Positions 17,016 through 26,221 of a stretch of 48,809 nucleotides of DNA are shown here, one piece after another. Source of the DNA: a bacterium (GTDB lineage: Bacteria; Patescibacteriota; Minisyncoccia; Minisyncoccales; UBA10102); NCBI GenBank assembly GCA_027624865.1, contig JAQBTT010000002.1:1-48809 (forward strand), written 5' to 3'. The position numbers and the translations under genes are program-made. Every line of letters begins with the position of its first letter. Within the stretch, counting starts at the first letter, position 1. Below the pieces are notes generated by a model, which had not been told where the DNA came from, did not search any database, and saw only the letters and a list, made by a program, of their open reading frames with translations.

Positions 17016-17405
17016 TTAGGTGGGGCTTGCTGCTGCTTTCTTTCCAGAACCAACTGTTTTTCGAACATTTCCACGAACGGTTCTTGTATTCGTACTGGTA
17101 CGTTGCCCTCTCACTGGAAGCCTCTTTTGATGGCGCATTCCACGCCATGAACCAATGTCTCGAAGACGCTTTACGTGCATCATTACCACTCGACGTAAGT
17201 CTCCTTCAATAACAAAGTCTTTTTCAAGGGCCGCGCGAAGCTTTGTGAGCTCTTCTGCAGTTAACTCCCCTGCTTTCTTTTCAGGACTAATCTTTGCCAA
17301 TTGTAAAATACGCTCACTACTTTTAATGCCAACACCGTATATATAGGTTAAGGCAAATTTAATTTGTTTTTTTTCTGGAATATTTATTCCTGCAACTCTT
17401 GGCAT
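17016..17405 (-). CDS. rpsM: Ribosomal protein uS13
   Basis: 129-aa ORF (MPRVAGINIPEKKQIKFALTYIYGVG). Confidence 0.94.
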   Translation of the reverse strand: MPRVAGINIPEKKQIKFALTYIYGVGIKSSERILQLAKISPEKKAGELTAEELTKLRAALEKDFVIEGDLRRVVMMHVKRLRDIGSWRGMRHQKRLPVRGQRTSTNTRTVRGNVRKTVGSGKKAAASPT

Positions 17406-17476
17406 AGTATTTTTACTTCGTAAAAGAATTTCTAATTTCTAAACCCTAGTTTCTAAATAGAAGGTTGGAATACTAT

Positions 17477-17630
17477 TTTTCTGGAAGCTCTCGGAGGCAG
17501 TTTTGCCCGCCTGCAACGCTTGATGCGTAGCATCTGCGGGCAGGCATGGTCCGCCGATGAGGCGGAAAACTGCCGAGAGTGCAACTCCCAAAATCCAGCT
17601 GGGGATTTTGAGGGGCGGTTCCTAAGAAAA
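17477..17630. repeat. Structured GC-rich repeat, family A (copy A1, with an extra nested hairpin)
   Basis: Shares gcatggtc, ccgagagtgcaRctcccaa and gaggRgcggttc blocks with 33171-33289 and 46692-46809; its stems co-vary between copies. Confidence 0.8.
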
Positions 17631-17647
17631 TATAGTATCCAAGCTTC

Positions 17648-17764
17648 CTATCCCTGCCTCTGTTTATGCTTTGGATTCTTCTTGCATGTAACAAACAGCA
17701 CCCTTTCTCGCTTTACGATTGTGCAGTCTTTACATATCCTCTTTATGGTTGAACGAACCTTCAT
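17648..17764 (-). CDS. rpmJ: Ribosomal protein bL36
   Basis: Not in the ORF track (38 aa). Hand translation gives [38 protein letters not shown], between infA and rpsM. Confidence 0.9.
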   Translation of the reverse strand: MKVRSTIKRICKDCTIVKRERVLFVTCKKNPKHKQRQG

Positions 17765-17765
17765 A

Positions 17766-17990
17766 TTATTTGTTCCTATATACAATTCTTCCGCGTGTTT
17801 TATCATACGGACTCATCTCTACGGTCACTTTATCACCAGCCAAAATACGAATTCTAAATTTTCTGAGTCTTCCTGCAAGGTATGCTAGTATCTCGCTCCC
17901 ATCTTCAAGGCGTACTCGAAACTTTAAGCTTGGGAGTGTTTCAGTGACTTCTCCCTGTAATTCAATCTCCTCTGATGTGCCATTCTTCAT
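17766..17990 (-). CDS. infA: Translation initiation factor IF-1
   Basis: The ORF-track ORF was trimmed to [33 protein letters not shown]... (74 aa), avoiding overlap with the upstream gene. Confidence 0.92.
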   Translation of the reverse strand: MKNGTSEEIELQGEVTETLPSLKFRVRLEDGSEILAYLAGRLRKFRIRILAGDKVTVEMSPYDKTRGRIVYRNK

Positions 17991-18030
17991 GTAGTAATTT
18001 GCGAGTTCAAGTATACCAAAAAAACTTTGA

Positions 18031-19293
18031 TTAGTCAACAACCACCTCAATCCCTAGTCTATCCACATTCCCAGGAAGAGACGAGACCCAGAAAGGCCAC
18101 AAAACAAGGTCAATTTGAGTAAATATGTTATAGGAGGAAAGGATGCTTCCTGCCTCATCTTTTGACTTCCCCCTGAGCTTAATTTTCAGCTCAGTTGGGT
18201 CTACATACTGATATACCGTAGTTTCAACGCTAAGATCCAAAGAGGCTGTTTTTGCATCTTTGTTCACCACAATTTGCTGGAAATCTACCTTAGTCTTTTC
18301 GCTAGCAATACGTTCATCTTCACCAATTTCGTCGGAGAGAAAAATATTCACCAAGGTATCAATATCTGTCTTGGGAAACATAAATAGAGTTGCACTAAGG
18401 GAAACACTCACATTAAATTGGTCCAGTTCAGCGCCAGCAGGTACTAAAGAGTTAGCTTCCAGCACTTCAACAACAATAGAGTCCTTTGTTGCCAGCATGT
18501 GCTCTGGCACTTGACTTAAAAGCTTTTCCTCTGCCTTTCCCGTGAGTTCCCCAATAAGAGAGTCCTTTGCATTTGCAATGTCAGTTGCCGAAACAACAGA
18601 TACCTGGCGCTCCGATCCTCCAGTCATGGGCTTTGTAGATTCAGCGTAAATTACAGTAAACAAAGCAGAACCAGATAATCCAGGCAAGGAGAAGTTAGCA
18701 GGTCCAATGTTGTAATCCTCTCCTGGCTCTGCTGCAGTAACTTCAATATCAATAAATCCAGGAATCAACTTTCCTTGTCCTTCTGTCGCTCCAGGAATGG
18801 TTACCGCTACAGGAGTTCGAAACAGCTTCCCATCCTCGGAAAGAAAACGAGTCTTGGCAACCAATTTTTGAGGTGAAATTTTATACGCATTAAATACCCG
18901 AATAGTTCCAGATGCCTTATTTACCTTTATAGTATTGCTGGAAGCAGGAAATAGGCGAGTTACTTTTTCTTCATCATCTAACGTACGGGATGGAATCTTA
19001 AATTCTTCCCTATCCAATTGCTCCAGGCCAACTTGAGCTGTGATAGACTTTAGTAGTTTTATTTGCCGTGCTTCTGGCCACAGCGTAATATCGGCTTTAG
19101 CAAAGAAAATATGTATACCTCCAATCAATAGTACCATCAAAACTAAAAGAGGCAGAACTACCTTTTTCATCAAACTTGGCAAGCCCTTGCGTTTGCGCTT
19201 TGGGCTTGCTTGAGGCGCCTCCTCTCCAGACTCCTTTGTTTTTTCTGGAGCCCTTTTGGGAGGAGCGATATCTTGAATTTTCCAATTTGCCAT
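18031..19293 (-). CDS. Hypothetical membrane-anchored protein
   Basis: 420-aa ORF with a basic N-terminus, one TM segment ([20 protein letters not shown]) and a large extracytoplasmic-looking domain. Confidence 0.7.
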   Translation of the reverse strand: MANWKIQDIAPPKRAPEKTKESGEEAPQASPKRKRKGLPSLMKKVVLPLLVLMVLLIGGIHIFFAKADITLWPEARQIKLLKSITAQVGLEQLDREEFKIPSRTLDDEEKVTRLFPASSNTIKVNKASGTIRVFNAYKISPQKLVAKTRFLSEDGKLFRTPVAVTIPGATEGQGKLIPGFIDIEVTAAEPGEDYNIGPANFSLPGLSGSALFTVIYAESTKPMTGGSERQVSVVSATDIANAKDSLIGELTGKAEEKLLSQVPEHMLATKDSIVVEVLEANSLVPAGAELDQFNVSVSLSATLFMFPKTDIDTLVNIFLSDEIGEDERIASEKTKVDFQQIVVNKDAKTASLDLSVETTVYQYVDPTELKIKLRGKSKDEAGSILSSYNIFTQIDLVLWPFWVSSLPGNVDRLGIEVVVD

Positions 19294-19353
19294 ACGGTTA
19301 TTCTCTCACAAATATGAAAACGCGCAAGTCTCTCCAAAAACTATTGCAAACGC

Positions 19354-19638
19354 TTAATAAACATCGCCATTTTTTTCAATCTGTTCGTCTTCGTAGGGAG
19401 CCGCATAACGGCGGTAGAATTCGTCTCCGATGTTGCGAAACACCCCGGCAATCAGGGCGATAGCCCAGTATCGTTTTTCTGGAGTAACCCCCAGGGCCAA
19501 ACGAGTACATGCATAGTTTAGAAGGCCTGCAAACATGTGAGGATCATTTGTTTCTTTTGTAACTTTTTTAATCTCTTCTGCCAATGCGTCAATATGGGAA
19601 TTAAGACGAGGTCTGTTTTCTTGTTTAATGTATGGCAT
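19354..19638 (-). CDS. Hypothetical small protein
   Basis: 94-aa ORF (GLLNYACTRLAL...YRRYAAPYEDEQIEKNGDVY); family not confidently recognised. Confidence 0.6.
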   Translation of the reverse strand: MPYIKQENRPRLNSHIDALAEEIKKVTKETNDPHMFAGLLNYACTRLALGVTPEKRYWAIALIAGVFRNIGDEFYRRYAAPYEDEQIEKNGDVY

Positions 19639-19669
19639 ACAATAAATGATTAAATTTATATACGACTTT

Positions 19670-20107
19670 TTAAAAGTTTCTTATATCTCCATCAAGCAAA
19701 GTTGGCTGCATTCCCATGACTTCCTCATAAACAGACGAAGTTTCAGGCATAGAGTTAAGCACAAAGATTGGTTTTTTGTAATGAAACGCAAGCGCCATTT
19801 CCATTAAGGTGTTTCCGCCAATGTATCCATCCATATCATTTTTCTTGTAGTTGAGCACCAAGATAGCGTCGCTTTCCAGAATCTTCTTGAAATGCCGGCG
19901 CATCAGCATTGCCTTCCTGGTAAAATCCTTGGGATTTTTAAACCAGGTCTTATACGTTTCAACAGCAAAATCCCCGCTTTTTTTCATCTTATGCGCAGTA
20001 TGCGGGATTTTCACCTTGTACCCCTGCTTTTGCAGCTCTTTTTGCACTTCCAACGCTTGTTTATAAAACGAAGCACTGCAACAAATTGTAATAACATTAC
20101 CTTTCAT
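19670..20107 (-). CDS. Nucleoside 2-deoxyribosyltransferase-like protein (tentative)
   Basis: The ORF was trimmed to MKGNVITICCSASF...DGYIGGNTLMEMALAFHYKKPIFVL (146 aa); aaaggaaag lies upstream. Confidence 0.6.
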   Translation of the reverse strand: MKGNVITICCSASFYKQALEVQKELQKQGYKVKIPHTAHKMKKSGDFAVETYKTWFKNPKDFTRKAMLMRRHFKKILESDAILVLNYKKNDMDGYIGGNTLMEMALAFHYKKPIFVLNSMPETSSVYEEVMGMQPTLLDGDIRNF

Positions 20108-20196
20108 ATGACACTTTCCTTTAATACTCCAATACTCGCTAGTATTGGAGCATAGTGATACGCGATTACTTACTGAAGTCGTTTTCAATCAAATGT

Positions 20197-22068
20197 TTAC
20201 TCCGCTTTCAATACAGCTCGAATTCTGCGGACACCAGCAGAGTTAGCTTCTTCTTTTATGATTTTAAAATTACCAAGTTCCAAAGTATTTTTAACATGAG
20301 GACCACCGCAAAACTCTTTTGAAAATGCTTCTCCTTTTTTATTCTTTGCAGAGTATACGGAAACCACGTCTCCGTATTTCACGCCAAACTCCATCTCTGC
20401 TCCTAGCTTCATTGCATCTTTCTTTGGCATTTCTTCTCGCATCATATCTAAACTCTCTTCAATCTTTTGATTTACCAAGTTTTCTACTTCTTGTAGCTGC
20501 TCTGGCGCAACTTTTTGCGGATGTGAAAAGTCCAGGCGTATTCTTTCTGCTGTAATATTACTTCCTCGTTGGTGTACATGCTCCCCAAGCACACAACGTA
20601 AAGCCGCAAGTACTAAATGGTTTGCAGTATGCAGTTTAGTAGTTTCGTAAGAAGCATCAGCAAGCCCTCCTTTAAATCTTCCCGCAATAGCAGTGCGTGA
20701 AACTTCCTGATGTTTTTTAAATTCTTGGTCAAATCCCTCTTCATCAAAACTAAAGCCTCGCTCTTTTGCCAAATCTCTAATGATGTCCTTTGGAATACCA
20801 AGGCTTTGAAACAACAGAAACGAATTTTTAGCCGTAAAGCTTGCTTGGCTAAGATGCACGAGCGAGGTGGTTTTTAATCCTACTTCCAAGGTAGTGCGGA
20901 ACTTCTGTTCCTCTTCCTGGATGTTTTGCACTATTTTTTCTCTTTGCTCAACCAATTCTGGGTATGCACCTTCATACGCGTTAATAAGAGGATCAACAAG
21001 GAGAGCAAGATTTCCCTGCCCTAACCCTATTACATCAGCATGCCGTACAGCACGACGAAGTAATCTTCGCACGATATACCCACGCTCTGTGTTGGATGGT
21101 ATAACACCATCCCCAATCATAAAAGCAGCACCTCGAATGTGGTCTGCAACAATCCGAAAGGAGGTAATACTATCTCCATACTTTTTTGCACTTAATTCCT
21201 CTATCTTCCTGATAACAGCAGACAGCGTATCTATTTTAAATACATCAGCATCTTTGTTAACAGCTGCAGTAATACGCTCCAATCCCGCGCCAAAATCTAC
21301 GTTGCGTTGCGTCAGTTTCTCAAAGCTTCCACTCTCTGTTTTCCTATACTCCATAAAGACAGAGTTTCCTATTTCCATAAATCTTCCACAGTCACAATTG
21401 GGATGACAGTTCTTTCCAAAGCTTTCATCATGCAAAGTTCCAAAATCATAGAAAATTTCAGAATCAGGCCCACCTGGCTCGCCTGGGGGCATATTGGAAG
21501 GAACCCCTGATCTACTCCACCAGTTCTTCTTTACTCCGTAAGCAAAAATCCTTCCCTCTTGCATGCCAAGCTCATACCCCTTCTCCTCAGTTTCCAAATC
21601 AACATCATTTGCCTCAATCCCCTTTTCTTTGAATAAACGCTTTAGGAGAGCAATGGATTCCTCATCTTTTGGTATGTTATTTTCACTATCACCAGAAAAC
21701 ACAGTCATATATAATTTGTGAGGGTCTAACCCAAGCTCACCTGTCAAAAAAGAAAAAACCCAAGGTAATTGTTCTTCTTTAAAGTATTCACCCAAAGACC
21801 AGTTTCCGAGCATCTCAAAGAATGTGGTATGTCGATTGTCTCCTACTTCCTCAATGTCATCTGCCCGAAAACTTTTCTGGGAATTAACCAAACGAGAACC
21901 CATGGCATGAGGTTGCCCTAATAAATATGGGATGAGAGGTTGCATGCCAGAGCCCACAAACAATGTTGTAGGATCATTCTCTGGAACTAAAGAAGCAGAA
22001 GGAATAACTGCGTGCCCTCTTTCTTTAAAAAAGTGTAAGTACTTTTCTCGTATTTCGTTTGAAGTCAT
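20197..22068 (-). CDS. alaS: Alanyl-tRNA synthetase, short form lacking the C-Ala domain
   Basis: Start at MTSNEIREKYLHFFKERGH. Editing-domain motifs are present: HTANHLVLAAL, HxxxH and CGGPHV. Confidence 0.92.
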   Translation of the reverse strand: MTSNEIREKYLHFFKERGHAVIPSASLVPENDPTTLFVGSGMQPLIPYLLGQPHAMGSRLVNSQKSFRADDIEEVGDNRHTTFFEMLGNWSLGEYFKEEQLPWVFSFLTGELGLDPHKLYMTVFSGDSENNIPKDEESIALLKRLFKEKGIEANDVDLETEEKGYELGMQEGRIFAYGVKKNWWSRSGVPSNMPPGEPGGPDSEIFYDFGTLHDESFGKNCHPNCDCGRFMEIGNSVFMEYRKTESGSFEKLTQRNVDFGAGLERITAAVNKDADVFKIDTLSAVIRKIEELSAKKYGDSITSFRIVADHIRGAAFMIGDGVIPSNTERGYIVRRLLRRAVRHADVIGLGQGNLALLVDPLINAYEGAYPELVEQREKIVQNIQEEEQKFRTTLEVGLKTTSLVHLSQASFTAKNSFLLFQSLGIPKDIIRDLAKERGFSFDEEGFDQEFKKHQEVSRTAIAGRFKGGLADASYETTKLHTANHLVLAALRCVLGEHVHQRGSNITAERIRLDFSHPQKVAPEQLQEVENLVNQKIEESLDMMREEMPKKDAMKLGAEMEFGVKYGDVVSVYSAKNKKGEAFSKEFCGGPHVKNTLELGNFKIIKEEANSAGVRRIRAVLKAE

Positions 22069-22155
22069 AGGCCGTATGATAGCACACACCACTCTTGGTA
22101 TGAAGGAGAACTATTGACTCCCTCCTTGGATATGCTATATTATATCTATCACTAT

Positions 22156-22193
22156 GAAAAAGCTCCCATGTGGGTTCCGTCCCACAGCGGGGC
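22156..22193 (-). terminator. Bidirectional-looking intrinsic terminator after the NYN gene
   Basis: gctcccatgtggg...cccacagcggggc hairpin, with an A-run on one side and a T-run on the other. Confidence 0.7.
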
Positions 22194-22197
22194 TTTT

Positions 22198-22695
22198 TTA
22201 TTTATGGTATTCAAGGCGCGCTCTAAAACGCTCCAGGAAAACAATATTATTAGGGACTGCCTTTCGCAGTAATACTGATGCCTTTCTGTGGCTTGGGCTT
22301 AAAACCATCGCAAATCGCTTTTTCTCCACAAGGAAATTCACCAGGCAAGCGAAATCACCGTCGCCACTAACAAGTACTGCTTTATCATGTTGTTCCTCAT
22401 ATGTATCAGATACTGCCTGAAGCACTAACTCTGCATCGCAGTTTCCCTTGATCTCTCCTTTGCCGTCGGGAATAGTCGGTTTGAATACAATGGTATAGCC
22501 TCAGTTTTGAAGGTTGCGATACAAATTAGTATTTCCAGCAACAAAACCAAGAAACATATACGCCCTTTGCACAACGTATTTGTCTTTAAGATACACGCGA
22601 AATCGTTTGTAGTCCAAACGCCATCCAAGCTCCTCAATGCCTTTATGGAGATTTGCTCCATCTATATACGCAAAGTTGTTTTCTTTTGGAGTCAT
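22198..22695 (-). pseudogene. NYN/LabA-like domain gene interrupted by one in-frame TGA
   Basis: 22504-22695 (MTPKENNFAYIDGANL...LQN) and 22198-22500 (GYTIVFKP...KGNCDAELV...SGDGDFACL) are in the same frame, separated only by TGA at 22501-22503. Confidence 0.75.
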
Positions 22696-22700
22696 ATCAG

Positions 22701-23747
22701 CTATATGATGACACCACCTCCCAAAAGCTCTTCTCCATTGTAAAATACAGCAAATTGCCCTGGGGTAATTGCTCGCTGTGGAACCTCTGGGATTACTTTT
22801 ATTACGCCATCTTTCATTTCCTTGAGCGTAACATGCACATCCTCTTGTCGGTAGCGAAACTTTGCTGATATGGAATCTGCTACCTCTTTATATGGCAAAA
22901 ACCAATTCATGTCGCGAATCAGAAGTTCAGATGTCATAATATCCTGTTCATCTCTCGTAACTTCCAGGGTATTTAATGCTCCATCTTTTTTTGCAACATA
23001 GTATGGACCGCCTGATAGTTTTAATCCTTCCCGTTGTCCTACGGTATAGTAATATGCTCCATCGTGCGTTCCAAGTATCTCACCTGTAGTGCTTACAATA
23101 GCCCCTTCTTTTTTGGGAATGTGAACCCGCAAAAAATCTCCAAGCTCTACCTTCCCTACAAAGCAAATCCCCTGACTATCTTTGCGCTCTGCATTTGGCA
23201 AGCCAAGTTTTTTTGCAAACGCTCTTACTTGAGTCTTTTCATACTCCCCTATTGGAAATAGGGTTTTTGCCAACACCTCGGGTTTCACCATCGCTAAAAA
23301 ATATGACTGATCCTTTGTTTCATCTTTGCCTTTGAGCAACACATAATCGGCATTCTTTTTTTTCACTCGAGCGTAGTGTCCGGTAGCAACAAAGTTAGCG
23401 CCAAGCGCCATTGCCTTTTTAAAAAACAACCCAAACTTAATTTCTCGGTTGCACATGATATCTGGATTTGGAGTAACTCCCTCTTGATATCCCTTAATCA
23501 TATACTCAACTACCTTTTCTTTGTACTCATTAATAAAGTTCCAAACATATAGAGGAATTTTTAAATGCGAGGCAGCCAGGCGAGCTGAGCGTTCATCCTC
23601 CTTTGTAGTGCATGCAGGGCCCTCTGTCCAACACTTCATATATATTCCCACCACGTCAAAACCAGCTTTTTTGAGCAAAGCTGCGGCTACCGAACTATCT
23701 ACTCCGCCAGACATCCCAACGAATACTTTTCTCTTTTTTTTATTCAT
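22701..23747 (-). CDS. mnmA: tRNA 2-thiouridine(34) synthase
   Basis: Start at MNKKKRKVFVGMSGGVDSSVAA (PP-loop SGGxDS). Confidence 0.92.
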   Translation of the reverse strand: MNKKKRKVFVGMSGGVDSSVAAALLKKAGFDVVGIYMKCWTEGPACTTKEDERSARLAASHLKIPLYVWNFINEYKEKVVEYMIKGYQEGVTPNPDIMCNREIKFGLFFKKAMALGANFVATGHYARVKKKNADYVLLKGKDETKDQSYFLAMVKPEVLAKTLFPIGEYEKTQVRAFAKKLGLPNAERKDSQGICFVGKVELGDFLRVHIPKKEGAIVSTTGEILGTHDGAYYYTVGQREGLKLSGGPYYVAKKDGALNTLEVTRDEQDIMTSELLIRDMNWFLPYKEVADSISAKFRYRQEDVHVTLKEMKDGVIKVIPEVPQRAITPGQFAVFYNGEELLGGGVII

Positions 23748-23791
23748 TATGAATACTAAGTATGCCACAGCGTGCATCTTTTGTCACACAC

Positions 23792-23824
23792 AAAATAAAA
23801 AGAGAGTAGCAAGAAGCTCTCTCT
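23792..23824 (-). terminator. Intrinsic terminator between a promoter-driven mini-ORF and mnmA
   Basis: gagagagc-ttctt-gctactctc stem followed by TTTTTATTTT on the minus strand. Confidence 0.7.
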
Positions 23825-23842
23825 TTTTATTCACTAGCAAGA

Positions 23843-23878
23843 CTATTTCTTGCCGCCCTTTTTCTTTTTTGCTGGCAT
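23843..23878 (-). CDS. Candidate 11-aa Lys-rich leader peptide MPAKKKKGGKK (speculative)
   Basis: ATG CCA GCA AAA AAG AAA AAG GGC GGC AAG AAA TAG, lying between the promoter at 23942-23969 and the terminator at 23792-23824. Confidence 0.25.
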   Translation of the reverse strand: MPAKKKKGGKK

Positions 23879-23941
23879 GTATTTGTGGATTGATTAAGAG
23901 ACGTGAGGACGACCATTCCCTCAACATATGCTCTTTGGCTT

Positions 23942-23969
23942 ATTCTAGAATGCCAACGTACTGTGTCAA
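23942..23969 (-). promoter_or_regulatory. Sigma70-like promoter TTGACA-16-TAGAAT
   Basis: -35 at 23964-23969 and -10 at 23942-23947, immediately after the folP stop. Confidence 0.6.
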
Positions 23970-23981
23970 TGGTGCATAACT

Positions 23982-24821
23982 TTATCTTACAACTGCATCA
24001 CTCATACGTGCTGTGCGGACCGCCTCTTTCACATCATGCACTCGCATAATATCCACTCCTTGCGTAATGCCAAGTGCAACAGTAGCTAAAGTCCCCTCAA
24101 GTCTATCACTTGGCGCAAGTCCGCCCAGTGTTTCTCCTATAAAAGATTTTCTTGAAGTTCCAAGGAGCAAGGGAAGATGAAAATGCGAGCGTATCTTTTT
24201 AAGATTGCGAAGTATTTCCAAATTATGTTCTGTCTTTTTCCCAAACCCAATACCAGGATCAACAATTATGTTCTCTCGCAAAACTCCCACATCTATCGCT
24301 TGCAAAACACTTTTTTCAAGGCTTGCTATGACATCTTTTGTAACATTGGTATATTCATAGCTTGATTGATTATGCATAAGGATAAGAGGAGTTTTTTGCT
24401 TTGCTGCAACACTCGCAATACGAGGGTCCTTTTTAAGCCCCCATACATCATTAATAAGCGAAGCACCTTCCTTAATTGCGCGCTCTGCAACATCTGCTTT
24501 GTATGTATCAATGCTCATGGGGATTTTTAAAACCAAGGCAAGCTCATGAATCACTGGCAATACACGCTCCAATTCTTCCTTAACTGAAATTAGATTTGCG
24601 CCCTTTCCATACACAGTTCCAGGAGGCTTTGAGGATTCCCCACCAATATCTATGATATCAGCCCCGTCTTTTTCCATTTGTAGTGCCTTTGCAATCGCAA
24701 CTTTCGCGCTCCCTGCAAGCCCATCGCCAGAAAAAGAATCGTCCGTGATGTTTAGCACTCCCATTACATATGTACGACTCCCCCACTCAAGTATACTATT
24801 CTTAATTTTCATCATAGCCAA
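23982..24821 (-). CDS. folP: Dihydropteroate synthase
   Basis: 279-aa ORF (GVLNITDDSFSGDG...DIGGESSKP...DPGIGFGK). Confidence 0.92.
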   Translation of the reverse strand: MAMMKIKNSILEWGSRTYVMGVLNITDDSFSGDGLAGSAKVAIAKALQMEKDGADIIDIGGESSKPPGTVYGKGANLISVKEELERVLPVIHELALVLKIPMSIDTYKADVAERAIKEGASLINDVWGLKKDPRIASVAAKQKTPLILMHNQSSYEYTNVTKDVIASLEKSVLQAIDVGVLRENIIVDPGIGFGKKTEHNLEILRNLKKIRSHFHLPLLLGTSRKSFIGETLGGLAPSDRLEGTLATVALGITQGVDIMRVHDVKEAVRTARMSDAVVR

Positions 24822-25300
24822 TCTTTTTTATACAACCTAACTTCTTCTTTTTGAGGCAAATCCTCAAGTATATTTGAAACACTTTTCTTTACTACAGGAT
24901 GCGTCAACTGAGGGGCAATCTCACATAGCGGGACAAGAACAAATGCTCGCTCATGTAATCGTGGATGAGGAACTACAAGGTTCTCTTTTGCAAGAATCTC
25001 ATCTTCGTAAAATAGTATATCTAGATCTATGGTGCGCGGTCCATTTTCTATTGTGCGAACTCTCTTAAGCTTTTGCTCAATCTCCAAAACAAATGAAAGG
25101 AGTTCTTGCAAAGTTAGCTTGGTTTCAATTTGCACCACAGCATTTAAAAACCAATCTTGGTTGGCATATCCCACCGGTTCTGTTTCATACAAAGAAGAAA
25201 AGGCCAGCACCTTACTTTGCTTTTCCAGTTCTCGCGCAGCTTCTTTAAGATACCTCTCTCTATCTTTAATATTTGAACCCAAAGCAATATATGAAACCAT
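24812..25300 (-). CDS. folK: HPPK (6-hydroxymethyl-dihydropterin pyrophosphokinase)
   Basis: The ORF was trimmed to MVSYIALGSNIKDRERYL...RTIDLDILFY...PHPRLHERAFVL. Confidence 0.88.
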   Translation of the reverse strand: MVSYIALGSNIKDRERYLKEAARELEKQSKVLAFSSLYETEPVGYANQDWFLNAVVQIETKLTLQELLSFVLEIEQKLKRVRTIENGPRTIDLDILFYEDEILAKENLVVPHPRLHERAFVLVPLCEIAPQLTHPVVKKSVSNILEDLPQKEEVRLYKKDWL

Positions 25301-25543
25301 ACTAAACTCTAGCAAAAAACCGCCTGCTTGGCGATTGTTTGACAATAAATTAATTCTCTGCGAGAATAAAATTGTGGATGTGCAGCCTGCAAGGATACAT
25401 CTTCTTCGGAAGAGAAGCCGTAGGGCACTGTTCATTCACCTAAGCTCATTAGTTTTATAGCACACTACGTATACCTTAAGACCCGTCACTACATGGGTCT
25501 TTCTTTTTGTGAAAACGGTGCTCCGCAGGTAGGACTCAAGCTT

Positions 25544-26221
25544 TTAGTTAACTTCTTTAATAATATTTAAAAACTCTTTTGCGTCCAAAGAAGCAGCTCC
25601 TATCAATACTCCATGCACCTTTCCCACTTTCATAATCGAAGTAATGCTTTTTGCATCTACGCTCCCGCCATACAGTATTGGAACATTTTTTCCTACAACT
25701 TTCTTCATTGCTTGGGCCATCGTAGAAATATTCCCTGGAGTAATACGTTTTCCTCCTTGCGTACTAATTGCAGAAGATGGCTCAAACACCACAAGTATAT
25801 TCTTAAAGCTCTTCATGTTCTTTGCAATCATTTGAAGTTCTCGCACATTTTCAACACATAAGATAACTTTTAATCCAGCTTGCAAAGCAGCCTCAGCTTT
25901 TGCTTGCACCATTCCTAGGGTTTCGGCAAGATACTTCTTTCGTTCAGAATGCCCCAGGATAACAAAGGTACATCCCAAGCTCTTAAGCTGAAAAGGAGAA
26001 ACTTCCCCCGTAAGAGCGCCTTTTTGCTCCCAGGAACAGTTCTGCGCCCCAATTTGTACATTCTTTGATGCTGGCAACTGGGGAATAAAAACATAGGGAG
26101 GACAAAGCACCACTGTAGCGTTATATCCTTTAGCGCCCTTTGCCACCTTTTTTGCCAACACAAAAGCGCCCCTTGATGTTAATGGGTTCATCTTCCAGTT
26201 CGCAATAATAATAGGTTTCAT
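25544..26221 (-). CDS. tpiA: Triosephosphate isomerase
   Basis: The ORF was trimmed to MKPIIIANWKMNPL...ILGHSERK...YGGSV. Its ATG overlaps the TGA of a remnant ORF (ATATGA). Confidence 0.9.
   Translation of the reverse strand: MKPIIIANWKMNPLTSRGAFVLAKKVAKGAKGYNATVVLCPPYVFIPQLPASKNVQIGAQNCSWEQKGALTGEVSPFQLKSLGCTFVILGHSERKKYLAETLGMVQAKAEAALQAGLKVILCVENVRELQMIAKNMKSFKNILVVFEPSSAISTQGGKRITPGNISTMAQAMKKVVGKNVPILYGGSVDAKSITSIMKVGKVHGVLIGAASLDAKEFLNIIKEVN

Noticed and set aside
17473-17694. ORFs crossing family A copies (17473-17694; also 33112-33402 and 46454-46831) share a peptide such as APQNPQxDFGSCTLG, which could suggest a small repeated protein
   Set aside because: The third copy is not in the same frame. 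Differences between copies are paired stem changes rather than synonymous changes. The ORFs have no start-codon context, so this is a structured nucleic-acid repeat, not a CDS.
22501-22503. The in-frame TGA could be evidence for an alternative genetic code (TGA as Gly or Trp)
   Set aside because: proS (3807), the GIY-YIG gene (5076) and murA (8946) end at TGA with correct protein lengths, and all large genes are intact under the standard code.
25455-25510. The hairpin agacccgtcactacatgggtct followed by a T-run could be a plus-strand terminator
   Set aside because: There is no plus-strand gene upstream. On the minus strand it lacks a following T-run. It may be an incidental hairpin in the tpiA-folK spacer.
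25510-25541. On the minus strand, ttgagtcctacctgcggagcacc resembles the T-loop and 3' acceptor half of a tRNA, which could be an att-site remnant after tpiA
   Set aside because: There is no matching 5' half, no T-stem partner and no CCA or discriminator pattern. The resemblance is too short to separate from chance.
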